Shown here piece after piece: positions 25,470 through 37,139 of a DNA stretch of 64,000 nt. The stretch's first letter is position 1, and every line of letters starts with the position of its first letter. A program made the position numbers and the translations under genes. Below the pieces are notes generated by a model that saw nothing but the letters and a program-made list of their open reading frames with translations, ran no database searches and was not told the origin of the DNA. The stretch is from NCBI RefSeq assembly GCF_006345805.1, contig NC_043006.1, positions 59,520,001 through 59,584,000 on the forward strand, written 5' to 3'. The stretch is from Octopus sinensis. Lineage: Eukaryota.

Positions 25470-27295
25470 TATGACATTCTTGATATCGGATCACAAACAC
25501 TTTCTTTAGATATCGGGGACCTTTCTTACAATCCTTACTGTTCTCAATAGATCATATTTCTGAATTAATGCAGCTCTCATAATTACACCAGTCTCATTAA
25601 AGAAACTGTTAAATCTGTTGGTAACGGTACATACGGCACCTATCACAACTGAGATTACTTTTTGAAACCCTCCTCAGTCGTCGTATTTCCTCGTCAAATT
25701 ATGATGTTTTCCTATTTTCTGTCCTTTGACCATTACATTGATGCCTGTAGATATAGTCACATCTAAGATGGTGCACTCTTTTTCCCCTTGTAAGAATCAT
25801 AATATCTGATCGCCTTGATTGAATTTCGCAGTCAGTCTGATCATTAAAATCATATAAAACCTTACACTGGTCGTTTTCTATTTCACTTTTCGGTTGATGT
25901 TGGTAGTATTTTCTTTCTACTTTAAATCCTCTTTGCCATAATATGACCCGTTGCAATATCTTGGTCACACAGTCGTGTCTGCGTCTATATTTTTTCTGTG
26001 CCAAATGAATTTCCCTTTCTTATTACAAGCCATACACTTCGCATTTTTCGCGGATTTGTCTATTTTTGCCAGGCTTTGTGCGGTTATTATGAGTTCTTCC
26101 GTTTCTTTCGTAAGGTCTCCATTCTTCAGCCATAACCAAGACTCCTCTGCTGCGACATCCAGCGTTTGTCTGAGATGGTGACCGTGTAGTTCTTTTCTCC
26201 AGATATTTCTTTCCCGCTCCTGTTTGCTTCTTTTTTTGTATTTCGTTGTGGTCTCCACGGCTTCTTTCTCCTCTCCTCAGGCAGGTAAAATCAATCTTTC
26301 TGAGTTGCTTCGATACCGCGTTTTGCCATCTCTACACAGTTTTCTATTGGTATTAGCCTCCTCCCACCTCCTTCTATGGTAAGTATAATCTATCGACACT
26401 GTCTCTAGGATGTGGTAATCTGTACATGCACATCGTTTTCCTGGTTTTACAATCTTTTTCTCTTAGCTCTTCCTTAGACTAGTTCAAGAAAGCAGCAGGA
26501 TATCGCATTAGACAGACTGCCTATGTGTTCACTAGAGAGATTCTTTTTCCTCCATTCAGTTTTGAGCTTAGCACCCATTTTACTCTCCTGAAATATTCGT
26601 TTCTCACCCTCTCTTTCATTTCCTGACAGAAGATTCTACTTGCCTCCAATACACCTTGGTAATTGTAACAGTCATCCTCATTCATTACTCGAATCAATCA
26701 CTCATTAGGGAGTTTAATCCTTTCTGACTTGCACTTTCTACCTCTCTTTATCGCTAGCAACGTACATTTATCTATCCCAAACTCCATAACAATTCATTAC
26801 TCACAACTCTAACAGTCTGAACCAGTGAATCTAAAGCTTTCTCACTTTTAGCAAATAATTATAGGTCATCCATTTGTATCATGCTAAATTTGTAGTATGA
26901 TTTAACCTCTCCCAAGATCAGTGTAAGAGGGGTAAGAGCAACCACAAATAGCAGCAGTGAGAGTGTATCACCTTGGAATATTCCCCTACTTATGCTGATT
27001 ACACATAACTTATCTTGACCAGATGTTAGTATAGGTCTCCATTTTGGCATAATATTTTGTTAGAGCTGGACAACATTCTCAGCTATCCCAAATATACTGA
27101 GGAATTCTAGGATCCATGAGTGCGGCACACACTCATATGCCTTTTGGTAATCAGTCCACGCCGTTGCTAATATTTTCTTCTTGATTTTTACATTTCGGAG
27201 GATTTGCTGATCTATATATAATAGGTTGTTCGTCTCTTTGGGACATTTTCTTTATCCTTTCTGATCTTTTGGTAGCAGGTCACCCTCCTCAGGAT
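25470..27295 (-). mobile_element. Second, older RLE-type LINE (RT to endonuclease), heavily decayed and 5'-truncated
   Basis: TAWTDYQKAY, GIFQGDTLSLLLF, QMDDL, WLWLKNGDL, RRHDCVTKIL and VLYDF fragments; its 3' end abuts (TAA)n at 25341-25460. Confidence 0.8.
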
Positions 27296-27311
27296 TATAA
27301 ATATCGTTTGC

Positions 27312-27475
27312 AATAAATAGAGAATACCAAACGAGTTCCCTATGGATACCGTATTTATTACAACGAGTGGCTTGTAAACGTATCTAACTCGCTTTCGCTC
27401 GTTAGATACGTTTACAAGCCACGAGTTTTAATAAATACGGTATCCATAGGGAATGAGTTTGGTATTTTATTTATT
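27312..27475. repeat. 164-bp imperfect palindrome at the Crypton 3' end
   Basis: The arms include TTCCCTATGGATACCGTATTTATTA / TAATAAATACGGTATCCATAGGGAA and GTGGCTTGTAAACGTATCTAAC / GTTAGATACGTTTACAAGCCAC; centre TCGCTTTCGCTC. Confidence 0.95.
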
Positions 27476-27809
27476 ACACACGAATAAACGACCATATTTT
27501 ATTAATCTAATAATTAAATTCTTCACATCGTGTTGAAGCGCGCATGAATACAGCTTGATTTCACGTCAGTGACGTCACAATGTGTAACTGTAAAAGATGT
27601 CATGCCGCAGGAAGATAGTCCGACTTCATAGCGCTAAGTTTTCAGGTGAAATGACTGATAACTGATGACTGTTTAACATTTTGTTAACATTCAAGTTCAC
27701 GTTCAAGAAATACATAACACAGATTGAATCTTCAACAACTTTAATAATACTCAAACCTGTTTTCGAGTAGCAATGTCAGTCAGAGTAGAGTACAATAGTC
27801 CAGTAAAAC

Positions 27810-29374
27810 TTAACAGTCCTCATTATCTGTGAGACGAGGTCGCTTTGCATCTGAACCAAAGAAGTTCACATTGATTGTTCCCCCATATATTGGAGCCGAG
27901 AAAATGGAGAGCAATGAACCAAAGCAAGTGACAGCGTTCCGAGATTGACTCGACGTAACGTTGACGGTGGAGGGGAGTTCACTTGCACTCGCTGCTGATG
28001 TGTTTGACGGAAGTACAAGCGAACCAGACTGGTCATTGTTGCTACTAAGGATGTTACTGATGGCACGATGACGATCCATGGAAATATTGCTGTAACTATT
28101 GATGCTTTGCACATTACGATGTCCAGATATCTGCATGATTTCAGTTGGAGGAATGTTCTGGTCAGCGAGCTTCTGCACAAGGTATTTGCGTGCTGAATGG
28201 TTCGTGAATCTTCGATTGTCCAAACCAGCTGATTTAGCCATCCTTTTCATAATTGTACCTAGTTTGTTGACACCGACCGGTTGACATTTAAACCAGGGAT
28301 GAGAATGGGAGGAATCTTTGCAGTTGGTGGCCAAATAAAATGGTGAATCCGGCGATGAATAATCTGATGGTCTCAGATCAGCAAAACGCTTGTACAGGTT
28401 AACTGGACAACGCTCATCATTCGTCGCCCATGCTTTTGGGTAGATGTTACGTGCATGGTCGAGATTATCACCTTGACAAGTTTTGGACTGTCGCTCCCTA
28501 AACTGAAGGAATTCCTTGCCTTCATTGTCAACATGCAAAGAAACGTCGCCCCATCGCATGTCGTTGTGAGGTTTGACACTCCGGATACCAAAGTGAACGG
28601 TGTTGTTCCACCATAGCGTGTTGAGGATGGATGCAGGTGTGTTCGGACCGAGCTGGTCACATTCCCATAGCTTGTTGATATCGTCGTCGGAGAGAGATTC
28701 CGCGCGTCGAGGTAGGTTTCCCATTCCTTCACTTTTCAACAGCTTTTGCTTTGTTTTTAGTACGTCATGTAGTTTCACGAATAGTCACGAGAATAGTGAC
28801 GTCGAGTAGTGTTTTGACTTCAGATATCTTTCAATACTGGATAACATTCCCCTCAAAGATGAAGGTTCATAGTTGCTACCGTCCGGCTTTCGTAACGAGA
28901 TAAAGAAAGTACACAGAATGTCACAAAGTTCGCTTTTGTCGATAGATTCAATTGGACGCGTGTCGCCATTTGTCGCCATGAAAGCAAACAATCGTTTAAC
29001 ATCATAGCTTGTTTTCCGAAGAGTGTTTTTATTTTGATTACCTTGAACGAATTTATCTATTCCAGAATGATCATACCTCGGTTGAAATTCAAGTTCATTA
29101 TGGCTATCATCAAAGAAATCGTCACGAAGAAGATCATTGTACACCTCATCAGGGATGTTAAATGTAGGGTTCGATGACAATCCACTCGTCGATGACACTG
29201 TTTCAGGTACCTTTGTTAACCTGTATCCAGCAACATGTCGAACTTGGCCAGTATTGATCTTCACATTGAACATTCTGTATGTTCCAAGAGGTTGAACAAC
29301 GGATAACACTCTTCCCCATCATTACCATCAATCTTAACAAAATCATTCACCTTGATATCGACAACAGTAGCCAT
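27810..29374 (-). pseudogene. Crypton-type (DUF3504-like) tyrosine recombinase, about 520 aa when reconstructed
   Basis: Catalytic set HFGIR(R), SK(K)T, NH(H)SAR(R)K, SGH(H)RN, NSY(Y)S, plus FFISLRKPDGSNYEPSSL in the core-binding region. ORFs 28785-29309 and 27810-28778 are in the same frame, split by one TGA (28787-28785); one 1-nt frameshift near 29310 joins the MATVVDIK start at 29374. Confidence 0.88.
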
Positions 29375-29759
29375 CTTGTTGATAGATCTACCTGCACTGC
29401 TAGAGTATCGACGAGCAGACGATATATGTTGTGATTTTTTTGGCAACAAAAATTTGAATTACGACCAGAAATGTTTATATTTTATGTGTATATGACTTTA
29501 AGTGATATCTGGTATAAAAAAGATAGTATGTTTGTTTAATTACATGGCTACATTCTACCTGCTCGTGAAAGTTTAGTTGTAACTTATGAATGACAAAAGT
29601 AGTGCCGTCACCGTGACCTCGGGTCATCACCATGGATTGACCAATCAGAAGCAGCGCTCGCAATGTTAGATACCAAAAATATCTCAAAGTGTTCTCACTC
29701 ACATGTGTGTGATAACACCTGTTAGCAACTTCCATGCCAGTGGAAGGCGAGTTATTGGT

Positions 29760-29950
29760 CGGTAGTTTCTGTATCTTACGTTTGTCCTCGTGTTTTACAG
29801 TCTCAGTGCTTAGGATATTATTTGGCATTGCTCTGCGGTTACAATCTACGTTTTCCTGAAGTATTTTTTTCCTTTTAAGCGTTCTATTTATATTTCTGAT
29901 AATTTTTTTGTTTTGAGAATATATCTCCATAAGTTAGCTACTTTCTTAGG
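29760..29950 (-). pseudogene. Diverged fragment of the R4/Dong-like ORF N-terminal region
   Basis: Aligns with 24720-24910 (NNILSTETVKHEDKRKI vs NNINTETVKHEDKRNI). Confidence 0.7.
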
Positions 29951-30268
29951 GTTTCCAGTTTCCAGTTGGTAATGCGCGCATTATTGATGTTCTTACTGAT
30001 ATGTCATTTCGGTTAATTTAGTCTAAGTGATTTGTGTTGTGCTGTCCAGATTAACACTTCAAACTTTTATATTTGATTTTAGCATTTACACCAATGTTCG
30101 TTGCTTATCCAAACCGTTGCTCATATCTCCGACAATCTCCCCCCATACATTATTTTCCACTCCATTATGTGTCTTTTTCTTCCATTTCCATTTTACCTAC
30201 ATTCACAGATATCAATTCACTCGGCAGTCTACATCATAGCTGAAGCTCTGCACCAATCAAACAATTGT

Positions 30269-30592
30269 GGTCGACTTTGCCTTTCATCCTTTCGGGGTCG
30301 ATAAATTAAGTACCAGTTACGCACTGGGGTCGATGTAATCGACTTAATCCGTTTGTCTGTTCTTGTTTGTCCCCTCTATGTTTAGCCCCTTGTGGGTAAT
30401 AAAGAAATAGGTATTTCGTCTGCCGCTACGTTCTGAGTTCAAATTCCGCCGAGGTCGACTTTGCCTTTCATCCTTTCGGGATCGATTAAATAAGTACCAG
30501 TCACGCACTGGAATCGATATAATCGACTTAATCCCTTTGTCTGTCCCTGTTTGTCCCCTCTATGTTTAAACCCCTGTGGGCAATAAAAAAAT
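30269..30592 (+). mobile_element. Tandem dimer of the tail-less Meta-like SINE body
   Basis: Junction AAAGAAATAG|GTATTTCGTC at 30410/30411, the same as the junctions in the 33538 array. Confidence 0.9.
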
Positions 30593-31349
30593 ATAAAATT
30601 GACAACGCTAGTAAAAATACACTATTTAAAACCAAAGTTCTAATGATTCTGTTACTCCCTCTGCGCCTGTCTGAAACACCTAACTCACTGTTTCCTTTCC
30701 CAATTATATTCTCTATCCAGGCATAGATCTGGAGAAGCTTCAACTTAACACCAACAACAATGGTTTTATTCATGTGAAAGCGTTTACAGAAACCGTTCAT
30801 GTTTTCCCTCATCTCCGAATTATAAAACTGATACAACATAGGTTATATTTTGTTTTTTGTCTTTCTGTTTGTGCGTGTGTTCCTCTTTTTTTCTATGAGC
30901 CAGCGTGGGAGTTTTTTGTGCGGTTACTCAATCTGTCAGAATAGCAGCCAAATCTGCATCAAACCGACTTATAGAAAAGAAGTGTTCAAATATGTAGTCC
31001 TTTACTATTGTGTCAGTAAAAAAAAAAAAAAGAAAGAAAAATAAATAAAAGAAACACTGTTAATCACGGCACTCCCTCTATCAGGGTTCACCACGACTAA
31101 ACAAACTATTGTGATATACACACACGTATTGTGGTGGATTTTAAGAGCAAATTTTCAACTATGTTGGTGAAAAGGCCACAAGATGTGAAGAGGGAGGCAA
31201 ATGTGGTTTCAGACATGAAACTGAGTAGGGCGGGACTAACATACATCTTTGTAAGATTTCTTCTTTTTTTTTTTTTCTTAGTCAAAGAAAGGATGGGGGT
31301 CTCTGAGACTGCAATGAGAACAGACGGGAGATCTGATACCGAATGTGTC

Positions 31350-31351
31350 TA

Positions 31352-31413
<62 letters not shown>

Positions 31414-31667
31414 AGGAAGGGGTCGTCGTCATTGTGCTGGTCGGGTGGTGATGATAGTAGCGGTAGTAGCAGTGGTGGTGGTGGTGGTGATGCTTTCTGC
31501 TGCTGCTGCTGCTGGTGATAATGGTAGCAATGATGATCGTGGTGTGGGTGTTGAACATGCTGGTGGCTATGATGATGATCGTGGTAGTGTTGGTGGTAAT
31601 GGTGGTGTTGGTGGTGATATTGGTGGTGGTTGTGGTTGTGGTGGTGGTGGTGGTGGTAGTTGTGTTG

Positions 31668-31699
<32 letters not shown>

Positions 31700-31745
31700 A
31701 GTAGTAGTAGCAGTGCAATACTAATGATGCTGATAGTGTTGGTGT
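31350..31745. repeat. Compound trinucleotide low-complexity tract (GTA/GGT/GTT/GAT)n
   Basis: Seen directly in the sequence. Confidence 0.95.
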
Positions 31746-33007
31746 AGACAGTGCTGGCGGTGATCCTTCTGGTGCAGCTGCACATCATATTCAAACCGGT
31801 GATAAATCATAATTGCTACACATAAATGTAGAGAAACACATGAAAATATTAAATTAATTCATTTGATTAATGAATTAAAATCACGCTTGTAGTGAAGAAG
31901 GAAATATCATTAACGTTGTCGACAATTCTGAAGAAACGCAAAGAAAACAACTATGAAATTTGAATTCATTAAAAATGAAATGACGATATGCAATGCGTTT
32001 AGAGACTGATCTTCGAAAAGACAACTCTGGACATATTTCGGTCTTATTAGTCCTCGTTTCCTGAAGCATATTTTTACTCTTCCTTATCAGATATCAAAAT
32101 GACAATAAGGATATCTTTTATGTTTTATTTCTTCAATCCTTTCGTGTTCAGATTACTCTGTCAGATATGATGCTTATTCATTCACATTATTTTGGATTTA
32201 TCATACATTATCATACATTATCATACATTAACTTTCAGATTTCAATGATGTGATTGTTTCTTTTAGAATGTCATTGTAGGGTAGCTGTGAGAAGCCTGAT
32301 CTGGCCAGTTTGAACGTAAGACAGGTCAATATATTTGGGTTTGACAAGGCCAACTTGAATATTCAAGTGTTAAGGCATCGGACTGCGGTCATGTTGAGGC
32401 ACCGCTTCGAAGGCTTTAGTCGAACAAATTGATCCCAGTACATATACGGGCTTCTTTCAGTTTCCGCCAAACAAATCCACTCGGAGTGCTTTGATCGGCC
32501 CGGGGCAATGGTAGAAGACACTCGCTTAACCTTCTGTCTACCAATGGACCTATTTCAGTTTTTCAGTTGCTTTTTCCTACTGTTTTTATTATTTGACTCT
32601 GATGATTTCTCGTAACTCTTATTTTTTCTTGACTCTCTTTTATTTGTCAAATGGGAAATTTTCCGTATGTTTATAAAAGCTAGAAAATTTCACTTTATAC
32701 ATTAATTACCCTATGGGTCCACTGGACCCTCGAATTAAATTCAGGCAATACTCTTATCATTCTAAACAGAATAAAAGCAGTATCAAATATTATTTTCCTA
32801 GATATTTATCAGATATAAAATAGATAGAATTGTATTCAATTTATTTGCTGAATTTTAGATAGAATAGGAAAAGTTATGAAAATATTCCTAAAAATTTGTG
32901 TGGTATTGCATCACCTAGAATCTGCTAGTTTATAAGGAATCGAAAACACAACTTCATGATCATGAGTCGCACACGCTATCCACTAGGCCACAAACACACA
33001 CACACAC

Positions 33008-33055
<48 letters not shown>

Positions 33056-33537
33056 CATATATGAGTACAGGACGTCACCAACTGTGTAAACAACATGAAG
33101 TACATATGTTAACAGCGAGAGAGAGAAAATGGAAAACAGGACAAGTAACACGGAGAACGACCCTTCATCAGTAGTCAGCTGTCTTTCTGCTTCTCATTTC
33201 GAGCATTCAACGACAATATGAGTCTTCGAAGACAGTTGCTCCCAAAAATGCCAAAATAAAATTTTGGGCTTATGGAGGATCAAAGTTGAGAACAAAAACA
33301 GGGCAATGGAGACATAGAGAGATGACCTGCTTTGTGCCTTCCTGCTACATTCCATTTATCAGTTTTCACTATGACTCTCAATCTGCTAGTAACTGCTGCT
33401 GAGTCTCTCCTTACAAGCATACACAAACACTCACAGAGAACACGCACATAAAATGCAATGGATAATGTGGTGTAATGTAACACCAAGATTCCCTCGCGAG
33501 GAGAGAAACACGATGGAAAGAGCACGACTGGGATACC

Positions 33538-35043
33538 TATTTCTTTACTACCCACAAGGGGCTAAACACAGAGGGGACAAACAAGGACAGACAAACAGAT
33601 TAAGCCGATTATATCGTCCCCAGTGCGTAACTGGTACTTAATTTATCGACCCCGAAAGGATGAAAGCCAAAGTTGACCTCGGTGGAATTTGAACTCAGAA
33701 CGTAGCGGCGGACGAAATACCTATTTCTTTACTATCCACAAGGGGCTTAACACAGAGGGGACAAACAAGGACAGACAAACGGATTAAGCCGATTATATCG
33801 CCCCAGTGCGTAACTGGTACTTAATTTATCGACCCCGAAAGGATGAAAGCAAAGTTGACCTCGGTGGAATTTGAAGTCAGAAGGTAGCGGCGGACGAAAT
33901 ACCTATTTCTTTACTACCCACAAGGGGGTAAACACAGAGGGGACAAACAAGGACAGACATACGGATTGAGCCGATTACATCGAACCCAGTGCGAAACTGG
34001 TACTTAATTTATCGACCCCGAAAGGATGAAAGGCAAAGTCGACCTCGGCGGAATTTGAACTCAGAACGTAGCGGCGGACGAAATACCTATTTCTTTACTA
34101 CCCACAAGGGGCTAAACACAGAGGGGACAAACAAGGACAGACAAACAGATTAAGCCGATTATATCGACCCCAGTGCGTAACTGGTACTTAATTTATCGAC
34201 CCCGAAAGGATGAAAGCAAAGTTGACCTCGGTGGAATTTGAACTCAGAACGTAGCGGCGGACGAAATACCTATTTCTTTACAACCGACAAGGGGCTAAAC
34301 ACAGAGGGGACAAACAAGGACAGACAAACAGATTAAGCCGATTATATCGACCCCAGTGCGTAACTGGTACTTAATTTATCGACCCCGAAAGGATGAAAGC
34401 AAAGTTGACCTCGGCGGAATTTGAACTCAGAACGTAACGGCAGACGAAATACCTATTTCTTTACTACCCACAAGGGGCTAAACACAGAGGGGACAAACAA
34501 GGACAGACAAACGGATTGAGCCGATTACATCGACCCCAGTGCGTAACTGGTACTCAATTTATCGACCCCGAAAGGATGAAAGGCAAAGTCGACCTCGGCG
34601 GAATTTGAACTCAGAACGTAGCGGCGGACGAAATACCTATTTCTTTACTACCCACAAGGGGCCAAACACAGAGGGGACAAACAAGGACTGACAAACGGAT
34701 TAAGCCGATTATATCGTCCCAGTGCGTAACTGGTACTTAATTTATCGACCCCGAAAGGATGAAAGCAAAGTTGACCTCGGCGGAATTTGAACTCAGAACG
34801 TAACGGCAGACGAAATACCTACTTCTTTACTACCCACAAGGGGCTAAACACAGAGGGGACAAACAAGGACAGACAAACGGATTAAGCCGATTATATCGAC
34901 CCCATTGCGTAACTGGTACTTAATTTATCGATCCCGAAAAAATGAAAGGCAAAGTCGACCTCGACGGAATTTGAACTCAGAACGTAACGCAGACGAAATA
35001 CCGCCAAGTATCTCGCTCGGCGTGGTAACGTTTTTGCCAGCTC
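33538..35043 (-). repeat. Tandem array of 8 SINE-body units (182-184 bp each) with one SINE head
   Basis: Units begin (plus strand) at 33538, 33722, 33904, 34088, 34271, 34454, 34638 and 34820; the last runs into the SINE 5' head at about 35000-35043. Confidence 0.95.
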
Positions 35044-35110
35044 ATGGATCCTAAGTCTACACGACTAGAGCTGCCTTAGGGTAAAACAACTACATCCTTA
35101 AGATTCTTAC

Positions 35111-35530
35111 CACCACCACCACCACCACCACCACCACCACACCCACCACCTTCATCTCCCCCTCCACCTCCGCCTCCACCACCACAATCGCCGCCGCCTC
35201 CGCCGATGCCTCCGCCGCCACTGGAACCAAAAGTAGCAGCTGTTATGTTCATTTTCTCCTCCCACCGATACTACAACCAATACGCTTACTGCTACTTTCC
35301 TACAATTTTAGCTGCTGATATTGCACTGCCACTACTATATCCACCACCACCACCACCACCACCGCCACCACCGCCACCACCACCACCACCGCCACCACCA
35401 CCACCACCACCACCGCCACCACCACCACCACGCCACCACCGCCACCACCACCACCACCGCCACCACCACCACCACCACCACCGTCACCTCCACCGCCAAT
35501 CACACCATCAACACCAAAAACTAGCAGTAC
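35111..35530. repeat. (CCA/CCG)n low-complexity tract
   Basis: Seen directly in the sequence. Confidence 0.95.
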
Positions 35531-36500
35531 GATTGCTTTCCTCCTCCCCCCCCCCAGCCTCTCTAATAACCGGCTTAGTCATATAACTGAAGCTGCAAGC
35601 GGAGGATGACAAGAGAAGCTAATATACCCTCACCGAGACACCATCATCATATCTTGTTTTCGGAATTAAATACCACTGGATGAGAAACAAGACAAAGCTA
35701 CGAGAAAATCAGTGAGAGACCCTATATATATATATACACTCACTCACTCACAAACACGCACACACACACACACACGCAGACATACACACACACACACACA
35801 CAACACACACACACACATACACACACACACGCACGCACACACACACACACACGTACAGAAATATATTCTATGAAACTGAACCAAATTTTTTCGGTAAGCC
35901 ATTCTCATTTTCATATTATTATTATTCACATTCCATACAAGAAATTCTAATATACGTTATCTGTGTTGTTGGAGTGTAACAATAAAAAAAAAAAAAGAAT
36001 TATAGGTTTCTGCGTCTATTATGCCTGAGTGTCTATCTTTCTGTATTGAGTGTCTATCTTTCTCTGTGTCTGCTGCCTGTCTGATTGTCTTTTTCTCTGT
36101 ATGTTTGTCTGCCTCTATCTATGTATGTATGTATGTATGTATGTATGTATTTATGTATGTATGTATGTTGGTAGGTAGGTAACTGTAAACGCTACATTTC
36201 TGTGTCCCTTAAAATCTAGAATCAGGTGTGTGTGTGTGTGTGTGTGTGGTGTGTGTGTGTGTCTGCGTGAGTGTATCCACCCACACAACACACACGCAGA
36301 CACCACACAGATTATGAAACATGTATAAATTTGTGTGTATGTATATTTATAAATTTGGGTCTGTGTACATGCATGTATATATATATATATATATATATAT
36401 ATCCTTCTTCCTTTCTTTCCTGAGCGTCCAATAATACTTTATTTGTTCCACGTCCTCCCGTTGTTGTGTTTTTTTGTTTTCTTGTTTGGATTATTAACTT

Positions 36501-36572
<72 letters not shown>

Positions 36573-36626
36573 CTATCTATTTATCACTCTCTCTCTATGT
36601 ATGTATGTATGTATCTATCTATGTAC

Positions 36627-36701
<75 letters not shown>

Positions 36702-36831
36702 ATAACAATTTAATAAATAAAAATATGCATACATATGTACATACCTACATCTATATGTATATATACATGGAAACGGACTTTTTTTAACAACGAAAAAACA
36801 GTGTACAAGACAAACAATACAAGGAATATTC

Positions 36832-36870
<39 letters not shown>

Positions 36871-37028
36871 GGAGTAAACACATAAATGTGAAACAAGGTG
36901 GAAAAAAGAGTACTCAAATACCAGTGGTAGAGTAATATGCTTTATTTTAAGCAGCAGAAAATTCAACAAAATCTGTTACTCTGAGTTCTCGTTGCCGTTC
37001 ATCAGACAGTTTTTGCTAGATTCTAGCA

Positions 37029-37075
37029 AAAACTGTCTGATGAACGGCAACGAGAAACTCAGAGTAACAGATTTT
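37029..37075 (+). ncRNA. Minimal type I hammerhead ribozyme motif (family A)
   Basis: AAAACTGT-CTGATGA-ACGGCAACGA-GAAA-CTC-A-GAGTA-ACAGATTTT: stem I CTGT/ACAG, palindromic stem III ACTC/GAGT, GUA site. There is an A.A mismatch at the base of stem II. Confidence 0.7.
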
Positions 37076-37103
37076 GTTGAATTTTCTGCTGCTTAAAATA
37101 AAG

Positions 37104-37139
<36 letters not shown>

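Larger units (their letters stand above)
27312..29680 (-). mobile_element. Crypton-like tyrosine-recombinase DNA transposon (boundaries approximate)
   Basis: An intronless YR ORF, visibly more GC-rich than its flanks, with a long terminal hairpin on the left and a CCAAT-containing right end; no TIR or TSD seen. Confidence 0.75.

Noticed and set aside
32525-32725. Possible piggyBac end (TTAA|CCTT..., GGGTCCACTGGACCC)
   Set aside because: No matching opposite TIR or second TTAA end could be found.
33125-33175. Minus-strand CTGATGAAGGG...CC motif
   Set aside because: It lacks GAAA and a cleavage triplet in register; at most a decayed remnant.
33538-35043. Array superficially resembling CRISPR or a hammerhead retrozyme multimer
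   Set aside because: There are no unique spacers or cas genes, the context is eukaryotic, and I found no CUGANGA/GAAA core on either strand of the unit.
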